From NCBI GenBank assembly GCA_964472415.1, contig CAYYLC010000004.1, positions 33,110-97,109 on the forward strand: 64,000 nucleotides of DNA. Reading direction: 5' to 3'. The position numbers were made by a program, and so were the translations under genes. Shown here in pieces: positions 28,980-39,051 of the stretch; position 1 is the stretch's first letter, and the number at the start of each line of letters is the position of its first letter. Origin of the DNA: an uncultured Gammaproteobacteria bacterium. GTDB lineage: Bacteria > Patescibacteriota > Microgenomatia > Levybacterales > GWA1-39-11. The notes under the pieces are model-generated. The model saw nothing but the letters and a program-made list of their open reading frames with translations. It made no database searches and was not told the origin of the DNA.

Positions 28980-28988
28980 TGCTATAAT
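28980..28988 (+). promoter_or_regulatory. extended -10 element (TGcTATAAT) directly upstream of the transposase-like gene
   Basis: 'tatgctataat' lies 9-17 bp upstream of the ATG at 28997. No good -35 is present. Confidence 0.3.
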
Positions 28989-28996
28989 CCCCTCAA

Positions 28997-29641
28997 ATGC
29001 CATCAAAATACGTTTTACGAGACTTCAAGCAGGGTGAATACTACCACGTCGCAAATTATGGCGTAGACAAACGGAGTATATTTGAAGATGAAGAGGATTT
29101 TAGAACCTTTCTCTACTATCTAAAAGTATATCTACTTCCCAAAGAAACACTTGAAAAAATGCCCAATCTCCCCAAACGAATGCTCTCAAAAAATAGACAT
29201 TCAGAGGTAGAGCTTCTCTCATATAGCCTCATGCCAAACCATTTTCATTTATTACTGGGCGAAAAAGAGCTCGGCGGAATATCCTTAATCATGAAGCAAC
29301 TCTCAAATGCGTACACCAAGTATTTTAATGAGCGCCACAAACGCTCCGGTAGCTTATTTGAAGGCCCTTTTAAAGCCGCACATGTCAAAAGCGATGAAAT
29401 CATACAAGTCACCCGCTACATTCACCTAAACCCATTCCTTGCGGGACTCGTAGATGATCCTGATAAATACCGCTGGTCTGACTTTCCAACGTACACAAAT
29501 TCGCAAGAGGTGAATATCTCAAACACAAGCCCAGTACTTTCACAATTCAATACGCCAGCTGACTACAAACATTTTGTGCATAACTACATGGACTATGCTG
29601 AAAAAATAAAGGGACTCGACCACGTTTTAATAGATAATTAA
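28997..29641 (+). CDS. IS200/IS605-like Y1 (HUH) transposase family protein (PF01797-like, long form)
   Basis: HUH motif 'LMPNHFHLLL' and a downstream catalytic-Tyr region 'VTRYIHLNP...DPDKYRWSDF'. At 214 aa it is longer than canonical IS200 TnpA. Confidence 0.6.
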   Translation: MPSKYVLRDFKQGEYYHVANYGVDKRSIFEDEEDFRTFLYYLKVYLLPKETLEKMPNLPKRMLSKNRHSEVELLSYSLMPNHFHLLLGEKELGGISLIMKQLSNAYTKYFNERHKRSGSLFEGPFKAAHVKSDEIIQVTRYIHLNPFLAGLVDDPDKYRWSDFPTYTNSQEVNISNTSPVLSQFNTPADYKHFVHNYMDYAEKIKGLDHVLIDN

Positions 29642-29836
29642 AGCTATCTATATCAAACTTCTCTTTTCTTCTACCATCTCACTCAAACTACAGAAAAAAT
29701 TCTGTGAACATTTCATAAGAAAAAGCTCCACCGAAGCTCTCTCAACAAACAGATATCCAAATAAAATAAGAGGATATGCAACAATTCCGCTGCACATTTT
29801 AAAAAAAAGATTAGGAGGAAAGCAGCTTAGATGAAT

Positions 29837-30049
29837 TTACGAATCTGTTTTTTGCTGAATACCCAAAAGGTATAATACTGCTTCTTTTTTATACCGTCTA
29901 TCACCACGAGAATTGATACGAATCGCAGGGAGCTTGCCACGCTTACCCCATCGTTTAATTGTTAGTGGAGAGACTCGCAATAATTCGGCAACTTCACGGA
30001 CAGTGAGGAGATCTGGTAATTCTGCTATTGATATCTTTTGATTAGCCAT
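29837..30049 (-). CDS. excisionase/MerR-type HTH DNA-binding protein
   Basis: 'LLTVREVAELLRVSPLTIKRWGKRGKLPAIRINSRGDRRYKKEAV' is an Xis-family HTH, the same family as 22447..22722. Confidence 0.55.
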   Translation of the reverse strand: MANQKISIAELPDLLTVREVAELLRVSPLTIKRWGKRGKLPAIRINSRGDRRYKKEAVLYLLGIQQKTDS

Positions 30050-30470
30050 TTTCTAAATCTTAACTAAACCTACTGTATCTAATGTAGTAAAACAACCACA
30101 CATTGTCAAGGGCAAAAACAAAGTAAAAAGCAAAATGATATTATTTAATATATATTGATTCATATTGCTATATATTTGAGCGTAAGTACTATCAAACAAT
30201 ACTCTAATACTATATTTTATATCAATACACTACCAGGTCTCACCCATTTCCTCCATGAAAACTTGCTGCTTTTAAAACGTATTTACTTTTTACATCCACC
30301 AGAAAAAGACATTTTTTCAAAATAATATAATAAGAACAATAATCAGTATATTCAGAAATAAGCGAGGAGATCTCTCGATAAAACGAAACCTTCTCTATTA
30401 AAATATGAAAAAAGTATGACTTGAAAAACCATAATGTTCACTCTTCAATATATGTCTCTTTTTGAACTAA

Positions 30471-31232
30471 TTACTTTGAGGGAGAAAAACGCTCTTGAAG
30501 TACTTTGAATACAAACATCGGAAGTGCTTTTTGCCTTTTAAACCTCCACGGCTGAATAATAAGTCGAAACAGCCACTCAAGCCCAATACTCCTCATAATT
30601 TTTGGGGCACGCGGAACAGATCCACTTAAAAAATCAAATGCACCACCGACTCCCATCGCTGAGGTTACAGGAAGATTTGAGAGATTTTTCGCTATCCACT
30701 TCTCTTGCTTTGGCGATCCCAATGCCACAAACAACATGTCTATATGCTTCCCTTTCAGTTCTCTTATATCCCATTTATCATTTTCATATACAACTTTGAG
30801 ATTTGGATAGATTTTTTTTAAGCAGCTGGAAGTCTTCACTGCTACACCCGGGGCTGCACCAAAAAATCCCGTCGTTAAGCCCTGTTCTGCACATTTTGAT
30901 ACTAACTCTTGCATGAAATCTACTCCAGTAAGACGACTCTTGATGCCCAATCCGAGGAATCGTGCTGCCATGAGCACACCAATACCATCCGAAAGAGACC
31001 ATTGAGCCTGATTAAGGACAGATCTATACTCCTTATCCTTCAAAGCTATCATTATAAGTTCTGGGTTTGGGGTTACTATATAGAATTTATCCTTCCGATA
31101 CTTCAGTCCTTTAATGATTTCTAAAAGGATATAATCCTTTTTTTCCGTGGAAAGAGAAACTCCTAATAATGTAGTCACAGATAATCTCTTCATAATACTA
31201 AAAGACTTTATACATATCGCACAATTCACCAA
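30471..31232 (-). CDS. WecB/TagA/CpsF-family glycosyltransferase
   Basis: 'IVTPNPE', 'DG.G' and a C-terminal 'GLEWLFRL..QPWRFKRQ' are characteristic of Glyco_tran_WecB. Confidence 0.7.
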   Translation of the reverse strand: MVNCAICIKSFSIMKRLSVTTLLGVSLSTEKKDYILLEIIKGLKYRKDKFYIVTPNPELIMIALKDKEYRSVLNQAQWSLSDGIGVLMAARFLGLGIKSRLTGVDFMQELVSKCAEQGLTTGFFGAAPGVAVKTSSCLKKIYPNLKVVYENDKWDIRELKGKHIDMLFVALGSPKQEKWIAKNLSNLPVTSAMGVGGAFDFLSGSVPRAPKIMRSIGLEWLFRLIIQPWRFKRQKALPMFVFKVLQERFSPSK

Positions 31233-31485
31233 TTTTACTATAATTCGTTCACTTTTTATACTCTAGATTTATCTCAAAATATCAATATAATCTAAAATAG
31301 ACTGCAAATTTTAGATATTTTACATATATCAATATAATAATATCTATAAGTCATCTCAATTTGGAACAATTTAGGACCAGATTGTGAAAACTACCCTCTA
31401 TTTATTATGAAATGTACAAATTTTCCCAAAATATTCAAAATCAAATATAGATATAATATTTACTTATAAGATAAAATAGATTTTC

Positions 31486-32493
31486 CTACTTTTTATTGAT
31501 GCTTCTTTTATATAATTCTAAATTTTCTATAGCGACCCCTGTTCCACGCACCACACAATACAATGGGTCTTCAGCAACATATGCTGGAACTCCTGTTTCA
31601 CGAGTAATGTATTTATCTATATTTCTCAAAAGCATAGTGCCTCCGGTAAGAACTATCCCCTTCTCAATAATGTCAGATGACAACTCTGGAGGAGTCTTCT
31701 CAAAAACCTCACGTATAGCTGAGATAATTTTTTTCAGGATCGGCTCGATCCCTTCAAAGACTTGCCCTTCGGTAATCTCTTCTTGCCGCGGCAAACCAGA
31801 AACACTATCGCGGCCTCGAATCTCCATCTTTTTTTCAGAGCTTTCTGAAGGAATTGCATTTCCTAATTTTATTTTCATGTCCTCAGATGAACGCTCTCCA
31901 ATCAATATTCCGAATTTCTTCCTGACATAGTTCACCATTGCCTCCTGAAGTGCATCGCCACCAACGCGTACAGATGCGTGATTTACAATCCCACCCAAAG
32001 AAATCACCGCAACGTCTGTAGTTCCGCCTCCACTATCCAAAATCATATGCCCGCTCGCTTGAGCTATCGGAATTTTTGCACCAATTGCAGCTGCTAACGG
32101 CTCTTCTATTAAATACACCGCCCGAGCTCCCGCAGCATGAGTCGCATCAAGCACTGCCCGTTTTTCTACCTGAGTAATTCCTGAAGGAATACACACCATA
32201 ACTTCAGGTTTTATCAAACGAGATTTCCCTGACACTTTCTGGATAAAATACTCAAGCATCGATTGTGTCACCTGATAATCAGCGATCACTCCGTCTTTGA
32301 GCGGTCGAGATGCAACAATATTTCCTGGTGTTCTCCCAAGCATGTCTTTTGCCTCGAGCCCTACAGCAACAACTTGATTCGTGTCTGCGCGTACTGCAAC
32401 AACTGTCGGCTCATTCAACACAACACCCTGCCCACCGAGATACACGAGCATATTCGCCGTCCCTAAATCTATTCCTATTCGTTTACTAAACAT
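31486..32493 (-). CDS. mreB: rod shape-determining protein MreB
   Basis: 'IGIDLGTANMLVY' and actin-fold motifs throughout. 335 aa. Confidence 0.9.
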   Translation of the reverse strand: MFSKRIGIDLGTANMLVYLGGQGVVLNEPTVVAVRADTNQVVAVGLEAKDMLGRTPGNIVASRPLKDGVIADYQVTQSMLEYFIQKVSGKSRLIKPEVMVCIPSGITQVEKRAVLDATHAAGARAVYLIEEPLAAAIGAKIPIAQASGHMILDSGGGTTDVAVISLGGIVNHASVRVGGDALQEAMVNYVRKKFGILIGERSSEDMKIKLGNAIPSESSEKKMEIRGRDSVSGLPRQEEITEGQVFEGIEPILKKIISAIREVFEKTPPELSSDIIEKGIVLTGGTMLLRNIDKYITRETGVPAYVAEDPLYCVVRGTGVAIENLELYKRSINKK

Positions 32494-32721
32494 TGTGATA
32501 AAAATAATATGCGCGAAATGCTAAACGTAGAAATATATCTAAATACTACCTTTCTATATCATTCTTGCCTAGCTATTATTTACTATAACAGTACATAAAA
32601 TCCGTTGCAAGTATAGGTAATAAGAGTATATCCCAAAGAAAATATTTGATATGGTATAATACACTTTTATTACTCCCGAAGACTTGATTCCTGAAATTAT
32701 TTCCGAGATACTTATACAACT

Positions 32722-33936
32722 ATGGTAAAACACGTCAAAAGCCCGATGCTCAGGACTATTCTGATTGTTCTCGTAATATCTATTGTTGCGATTGGGGCAA
32801 TAGCATATGGAAAGGGCTACCGCATCACAAAAGACGAATCTGGGCGACAAATTGTTGCCGGAACTGGATTGCTCGTAATCACCTCTTCCCCTGATGGCGC
32901 CCGGACATTTATTGATGGCGAGCTTTCAACCGCAACAGATGACACAATAAATCTCAAACCTGGCAAATATACAGTAAAGATTGAAAAGGATGGATATTTT
33001 CCTTGGGAAAAAGAAATAGTAATAAAAAACGAACAGGTTACCGAAACAAATGCACTTCTTTTCCCAAAAGCTCCTCAACTTACCAATCTCACGACTACAG
33101 GAATCTCAAACCCCGTTTCAGATAGTAAGGGGCAAATACTTGCCTACACCGTAGCATCTGCTTCTGCAAATTTGAATGGCGTTTATATCATGAATCTTAA
33201 TCGAGGATTTCTGCCTATCGGAGATGCACACCGACAAATCAGTAGTAATCTCATTGATAACTTTTCAGAAGCGACACTCGAGTTTTCACCAGATAGCTCA
33301 GAGCTTCTCGCAACCATAACACCTACCGCAAGTGGTTCAGCAAGAAGCTACTTGTTGCGAACAAATGAATTCAATCCTTCACCACTACTCGTTACCGCAA
33401 GTGCAGATACTATTCGTGAAAACTGGAAACAAGATATGGAAGAAATTCTCGATGAACGACTTCGCTCGATGCCGAAAAATGCTAGAATTCTTGCAAAAGA
33501 GTATTTTGCAAATCCTCTCTTTTCACCAGAAGAAGACAATATTCTCTATACAGCATCAGCTTCCGGAACGCTCTCTATAGCAATCAACCCGCCCATCCCG
33601 AGCACAAACTCTACTCCTGAGGTACGAAACGTCGTAGAGGGAAATCTTTATGTTTACAATATTAAAGACGATAAAAATTATCTATTTCGTGAAAAAACTG
33701 AAGATACAGAATTTCCACAATTTATCTGGCATCCTGATAACAGACATCTCTACTATATAGAAAACAATAGGATTAACTCGGTAGAATATGACGGATTCAA
33801 TAAAACAACTGTGTACGCTGGACCATTTATCAATAATTTTCTTGTACCATGGCCGGATGGAGCTGGCATGGTCATTCTTACGAGTTTTAACGATTCATCC
33901 ATTCCCCCAAATCTTTATCGCATCATCTTTAAATAG
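32722..33936 (+). CDS. membrane-anchored PEGA-domain protein with beta-rich C-terminal region
   Basis: N-terminal TM helix. 'LLVITSSPDGARTFIDGELSTATDDTINLKPGKYTVKIEKDGYFPWEKEIVIK' is a PEGA domain. Confidence 0.45.
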   Translation: MVKHVKSPMLRTILIVLVISIVAIGAIAYGKGYRITKDESGRQIVAGTGLLVITSSPDGARTFIDGELSTATDDTINLKPGKYTVKIEKDGYFPWEKEIVIKNEQVTETNALLFPKAPQLTNLTTTGISNPVSDSKGQILAYTVASASANLNGVYIMNLNRGFLPIGDAHRQISSNLIDNFSEATLEFSPDSSELLATITPTASGSARSYLLRTNEFNPSPLLVTASADTIRENWKQDMEEILDERLRSMPKNARILAKEYFANPLFSPEEDNILYTASASGTLSIAINPPIPSTNSTPEVRNVVEGNLYVYNIKDDKNYLFREKTEDTEFPQFIWHPDNRHLYYIENNRINSVEYDGFNKTTVYAGPFINNFLVPWPDGAGMVILTSFNDSSIPPNLYRIIFK

Positions 33937-33981
33937 AAAATTCAACTTGCGACTTTCCCGAAAATACGAAATACTTATCGT

Positions 33982-34839
33982 ATGAGAAAAGCAGTATTTT
34001 TTTGTACGGTTCTACTATTCACTACTATCACGACTCCACTGCACGCCCAGACGATGACTTTTCCGGAAAAATCGCAATCAGGGAACACAACAGTAAACGC
34101 TACCGTAGGTGACAGATTTATAACAGTTACCGGCTATCAATCTCCCAATGCATCCGTAGTCATAGAAACGCTTCGGAGAATTTTTATGAGCTCAACTACT
34201 GCTGATGGGAATGGGCATTTTACAATCTCAGAACTCCTTATCACAGATGACTTTCCAGGATTCTGCTTTACCGCGATAGACTTTCGGAGAGTTGGAGAGT
34301 CCGAATCTTGTGTGGAAATAGAAAAAATTACCCGCGACGGCGAAACATACGAGGATATTTTCCTTCCACCGACTATTGGGCTTTCAAAAAAACTTATAAC
34401 AGTCGGAGAAAACGCGCAGATATTTGGATATTCTATGCCACATGCTCAAGTAAATATTCAGTTCAATAATGAAACAGTTACTATTCAATCAGATGAAACA
34501 GGATACTACGAATATATTTTCGAGAACCCTCCCGCCGGAACATATGCATTCTCATCTCGTGGAGTCCTTGGTGAAAAAACATCCCTAGATCCAGAAAATA
34601 AAGCTATCCTTGAGGTGATTACCCTTCCTGAAAAAATTCGTGATGATATAACCGGTTTTGCACAAGATATTGATGACCGATTCCCGGGAATTCTGTTTCT
34701 CGCACCACTTCTTCTGATTTTCATTGCACTGCTTATACTTCTCTTCTGGAAAACACAGCCGAAATTTCTTTTCATTATATTTGACAAATTCAAAAAGCGA
34801 CATCCAATGCACCACGATTACTTCCTATTCCAACACTAA
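33982..34839 (+). CDS. hypothetical surface protein (signal peptide plus C-terminal TM anchor)
   Basis: Signal peptide ending '...PLHA|QT', a beta-rich body and a C-terminal hydrophobic helix with a basic tail. Confidence 0.35.
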   Translation: MRKAVFFCTVLLFTTITTPLHAQTMTFPEKSQSGNTTVNATVGDRFITVTGYQSPNASVVIETLRRIFMSSTTADGNGHFTISELLITDDFPGFCFTAIDFRRVGESESCVEIEKITRDGETYEDIFLPPTIGLSKKLITVGENAQIFGYSMPHAQVNIQFNNETVTIQSDETGYYEYIFENPPAGTYAFSSRGVLGEKTSLDPENKAILEVITLPEKIRDDITGFAQDIDDRFPGILFLAPLLLIFIALLILLFWKTQPKFLFIIFDKFKKRHPMHHDYFLFQH

Positions 34840-35030
34840 TCTTGTATTCATTCTTTGGTGCAGATTTCTATAGACTCATATTTATATAAAAAATACGCGC
34901 TGCCAATACACTCTATGAAACTTTTCCAAAAAAAACCCAATTTATCCTAATATACTACGTGGGGTCATTTATCATGAATTTATATTTTTTCCTTGACAAG
35001 ACTATATAAATGTGTCTTAAATAATATTGT

Positions 35031-36542
35031 ATGATTTCTAGAATTTATCTTCTTCTGCCTTTGCTGGGCATAAGCATCGGTATTACAGGGCTCTTCCTTT
35101 TTGTTTTCACGAAAAATGCTCACGCAGCAACACTTATAAACGCAAGTAACACTATTACAACATCTCGCCCTTCAGCCGCTTCACCCTTTTCTTCAGATGT
35201 TTCTGGTACTGACACTACAGCAGCGATTCTGAATAATGGATCGTTCTATCTTGCATCAGATTCTGCACAAATCAGACAAGGGCAAAGTGGCGCACTTATT
35301 GATGCAGCAACAATTATCGCTTCACAATCTGCAGCACTCACTACTGTGTATTTTTCAGAGGCTGTCGGCGCTGGGGCTGGAGCTGACTCAGATGTTCTCA
35401 TTGTACCAATCACTGCTATGCATAGAATCCAATTTACTATACCTCAAACGATTCCTACCTCTGGAGACATTGTACTCACCTTCCCAATACTTGAGACTGG
35501 AGATGCAAATAATGAAGCTTCTCCTTCTGCCTCTACATTCCAGTTCAACGACCTCGATACGAACGCTGCCACACTCATTCACGTAGTAGATGATGGAACG
35601 GATATCACCGCAAATATTACTGCCGCTGCCACAAATCCTGCGAGCGCTGGGGACTCACCAGAGATCATCATTACCCTTAATAGTGGAAGCATTGTCTCAG
35701 GAAGCGTTGTAGATATATTTATCGGTTGCACAACTATTGCAGCTGGTGACTGCTCTGCCCAGACACCGACACTCATTAACCCGACAAAGACTGCATCAGC
35801 TGGGACTGCTGATGTCTGGAAAATAAATGCTCAGACTCGAGATGCATCTGATGTGAATCTCGATAACGCTACTATTGCTATCGGCACTATTGAATCTGTT
35901 ACCGTTCGGGCAACTGTAGATCCAACACTCTCCTTCACTATTTCTGGGATTGGAAATGGATCAGCAATTAATCTCGGAAACACGACCGGATGCTTGCAAA
36001 CGGAAACAACAAATGCTGGGATTGATTCTACTTCTACTGAGGTAAACCTTGGACTCCTCGCTAATACTCCATCAGGAACTGATGTAAAAGTAGGAAATAT
36101 TGCAGCACAAAGAATCAACATAACCACGAATGCTGCTGGAGGATATATTCTCGCTGCAACATCATCCGGACAACTCATCAACCCAGAAACCGGATTTTTC
36201 CTTAACTCCTCTACCACTCCGACTGCATTCCCTTCAAGTGGCGCTGACTGGTTCGGTATTCATCCGTGTGGACTTGATGTAACTACTGCCACGTGGAATT
36301 CTACTGCAAGTACTGCATGTAGCAGCTTTGTAAGTGGTTCAACAGATCCGATTTGTCTGTATGCGTGGCCTACACAGAGTGCACCACTTACTCTTGCATC
36401 AGATGCAGTAGGACCTATTGGTAACTCACTTGTTACTGGAAATGGAGTAATTTCTGTTGCGTACGCCGCGTCTGTAGATCCGGGAATCCCCCCAGGATCA
36501 TATAGAACAGTAATAACGTATGTGGCAACACCAGTATTCTAG
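35031..36542 (+). CDS. secreted S/T-rich surface protein with WxL-like C-terminal domain (CscB/C-like), paralog A
   Basis: Signal peptide (AHA|A) and a C-terminal ~180 aa with 'LSFTISGIGNGSAINLGN...' and a terminal 'YRTVITYVATPVF'. These parallel WxL domain features ('l.l.svP..inFG', a terminal 'Y.GTLTWTL...P'). Confidence 0.45.
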   Translation: MISRIYLLLPLLGISIGITGLFLFVFTKNAHAATLINASNTITTSRPSAASPFSSDVSGTDTTAAILNNGSFYLASDSAQIRQGQSGALIDAATIIASQSAALTTVYFSEAVGAGAGADSDVLIVPITAMHRIQFTIPQTIPTSGDIVLTFPILETGDANNEASPSASTFQFNDLDTNAATLIHVVDDGTDITANITAAATNPASAGDSPEIIITLNSGSIVSGSVVDIFIGCTTIAAGDCSAQTPTLINPTKTASAGTADVWKINAQTRDASDVNLDNATIAIGTIESVTVRATVDPTLSFTISGIGNGSAINLGNTTGCLQTETTNAGIDSTSTEVNLGLLANTPSGTDVKVGNIAAQRINITTNAAGGYILAATSSGQLINPETGFFLNSSTTPTAFPSSGADWFGIHPCGLDVTTATWNSTASTACSSFVSGSTDPICLYAWPTQSAPLTLASDAVGPIGNSLVTGNGVISVAYAASVDPGIPPGSYRTVITYVATPVF

Positions 36543-36579
36543 AGTTGAGATTATATAAAAATTAATAAATAATAAAAAT

Positions 36580-37563
36580 ATGAAACATCCTGCTCAAGCA
36601 AAATATTTTATAAAAATAACACTCCCCGCAATCCTTATTTCCTTCTTCTTCGTGGCTCTCGCTCAGATCGTATTCGCACAAGAAGCACCTCAAAGAAGCA
36701 TCACAATATCTCCGCCAACCATTGAGCATACTCTTATCCCAGGAGAACGTGCTGAAGGGGTTCTCAAAGTTACAAATGGAGGAAATACTGACCTCACATT
36801 CCAGGCAAATATTCATGACTTTATCGTAGAAGATAAGATTGGAACTCCAAATCTTCTTGCTGATGAAACCTTAACTGAAAAATATTCTGCTGCCACTTGG
36901 CTTGCAGTGACGCCAAATTCCTTCACTGTTCCAGCAGGAACTACGAAGGAGCTAAGCTATTTTCTTCAGGTGCCAGCTGATGCTGCACCAGGCGGAAGAT
37001 ACGCTGCAGTAGTCTATGAGCCAGTTAATATTCTAGATGTTGAAGGGACCGGTGCTGGAGTAAACACCCAATCACTTTCACTCTTTTACATAACTATTGA
37101 TGGACCAATCACAGAAGATGCTGAAGTTGTAAATTTTTCTATTCCAGGATTTTCTGAATATCCTCCTGTAACTGTTTCTACAGAAATTAAAAATAATGGT
37201 CCGCTTCATATTAAACCAAGCGGAAGTATTATTATCCGGAATATGTTTGGCAAAGAAATCGCACGACATGAATTCACTGGCGGAAACATCTTCCCAGAGG
37301 CAACACTCCTGTATGAAAATGAGTTTTTCTCAGATTCAAAGATTCGCGTTGGGCGCTATACGGCAGAACTTTCCACAGCATTTGGTCGCGATCTCAATAT
37401 CCCCCTTGAAGCAACCGCATCATTCATCATCTTCCCTTGGAAAATTGCAGCAGGAATCGCACTTCTTATCGCAATCCTCGTAGTCACAGTTGTGCTCATA
37501 AGAAATAAAAAAACACCTAAAAATCCTCGACCCGAAGCGACGCCTCAACCAACCATAAAATAG
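36580..37563 (+). CDS. DUF916/DUF3324-like cell-surface protein with C-terminal TM anchor (CscA-like)
   Basis: Signal peptide, 'ITISPPTIEHTLIPGERAEGVLKVTNGGNTDLTF' (DUF916-like pattern), a later 'IIIRNMFGKEIARHEF' (DUF3324-like), a C-terminal TM helix and a basic tail. Confidence 0.45.
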   Translation: MKHPAQAKYFIKITLPAILISFFFVALAQIVFAQEAPQRSITISPPTIEHTLIPGERAEGVLKVTNGGNTDLTFQANIHDFIVEDKIGTPNLLADETLTEKYSAATWLAVTPNSFTVPAGTTKELSYFLQVPADAAPGGRYAAVVYEPVNILDVEGTGAGVNTQSLSLFYITIDGPITEDAEVVNFSIPGFSEYPPVTVSTEIKNNGPLHIKPSGSIIIRNMFGKEIARHEFTGGNIFPEATLLYENEFFSDSKIRVGRYTAELSTAFGRDLNIPLEATASFIIFPWKIAAGIALLIAILVVTVVLIRNKKTPKNPRPEATPQPTIK

Positions 37564-37572
37564 GGAAATAGT

Positions 37573-39051
37573 TTGACAGAAGATTTTATTTCTGCGCACA
37601 ATAATACAATGAAGATAATTTTTGTACTTATGATATCCGCAATTCTCTTTTTTGTAAAAATCTCTCATGCGAATGCGGCAGACCTTATCAATACTCGTGA
37701 CACACTCTCAACTTCTCGCCCATCAGCAGCTTCTCCTTTTACCAGTAATGCAGCCTCTAATGACCGGACTATTACAATTTTGAATAACGGATCGTTCTAT
37801 CTTGCATCAGATTCTGCACAAATAATCCGACACTCAACAGGCACAATTCTCGCAACTGATATTCCTATATCTTCTCAATCTGCGGGGCTTTCTACTATCT
37901 ATCTCGGAGATGATATCGGTACGAATACAACTTCAGGAGATGATATATTGCTCGTTCCAATTACCTCAACTCATACCATACGATTTACTACTGCCTCAGA
38001 AATCCCCGCTGGTGGAGATATACTCCTTACATTTCCGGGAGCAGCGAATAACTCTGCTTCTCCTTCTGCAACTACGTTTGCCTTTAATGGGCTAAATAGC
38101 ACTGGTGGACTTCCAGGAGGAATTTCTAGTCATAACATTTCATGTAATACAAATTCCTTTGTTTTTTCTCCACAAATCATGTGTGAAACAACAGGCTCAG
38201 TTCCGGCTGGCACTACAATAACTATTCTTATTGGCTGCACTGCACAGTCCGGTGGAAATTGTACGACTCAATCTCCGACACTCATCAATCCAACAAAGAC
38301 TACAACCACTGGAACCGCAGATATCTGGAAAATATTTATCCAGACCCGAGATGCAACAGACATAGAACTCGACTCTGCAACCGTTGCAATCGGCACAATA
38401 GATTCTGTTACTGTTCGTGCGTCTATTGATCCCTCTCTTACCTTTGCAATTACAGGAATCGGAAATGGTTCAGCAGTTAACCTTGGAAACACGACCGGAT
38501 GCTTGCAAACGGAAATTACCAATTCGGGCCTCAATTCAACCGCAACTGAAATAAATCTTGGACTCCTTGCAGATACTCCATCAGGAATTGATGTAAGAGT
38601 AGGAAATATTGCAGCACAACGAATCAATATTAGCACCAATGCTGCGAATGGCTATACGCTATCAGCAACATCATCCGGTCAACTTATCAATCCTACCACT
38701 GGATTTTTCCTCGCATCTTCTACCACTCCAACCGCATTCCCTTCAAATAGTTCAGATTGGTTCGGTATCCATCCGTGTGGACTTGATGTAACTACTGCCA
38801 CGTGGAATTCTACTGCAAGTACTAGCTGCAATACGTATATTTCGGGTTCAACAGATCCGATTTGTCTGTATGCGTGGCCTACACAGAGTGCACCACTTAC
38901 TCTTGCATCAGATGCAGTAGGACCTATTGGTAACTCACTTGTTACTGGAAATGGAGTAATTTCTGTTGCGTACGCCGCGTCTACTGATGCAGGCGTTCCC
39001 CCAGGAAGTTATTCTACAGTTATCACCTATACTGCAACTCCAGTCTTCTAG
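37573..39051 (+). CDS. secreted S/T-rich surface protein with WxL-like C-terminal domain, paralog A'
   Basis: Same architecture as 35031..36542. The 3' region contains 138 identical nucleotides. Confidence 0.45.
   Translation: MTEDFISAHNNTMKIIFVLMISAILFFVKISHANAADLINTRDTLSTSRPSAASPFTSNAASNDRTITILNNGSFYLASDSAQIIRHSTGTILATDIPISSQSAGLSTIYLGDDIGTNTTSGDDILLVPITSTHTIRFTTASEIPAGGDILLTFPGAANNSASPSATTFAFNGLNSTGGLPGGISSHNISCNTNSFVFSPQIMCETTGSVPAGTTITILIGCTAQSGGNCTTQSPTLINPTKTTTTGTADIWKIFIQTRDATDIELDSATVAIGTIDSVTVRASIDPSLTFAITGIGNGSAVNLGNTTGCLQTEITNSGLNSTATEINLGLLADTPSGIDVRVGNIAAQRINISTNAANGYTLSATSSGQLINPTTGFFLASSTTPTAFPSNSSDWFGIHPCGLDVTTATWNSTASTSCNTYISGSTDPICLYAWPTQSAPLTLASDAVGPIGNSLVTGNGVISVAYAASTDAGVPPGSYSTVITYTATPVF

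Noticed and set aside
36250-38990. The identical blocks between the WxL-like paralogs were considered as a DGR template/variable-region pair.
   Set aside because: The differences between copies are not adenine-specific; whole patches differ. No reverse transcriptase is present in the window. Gene conversion is the simpler explanation.
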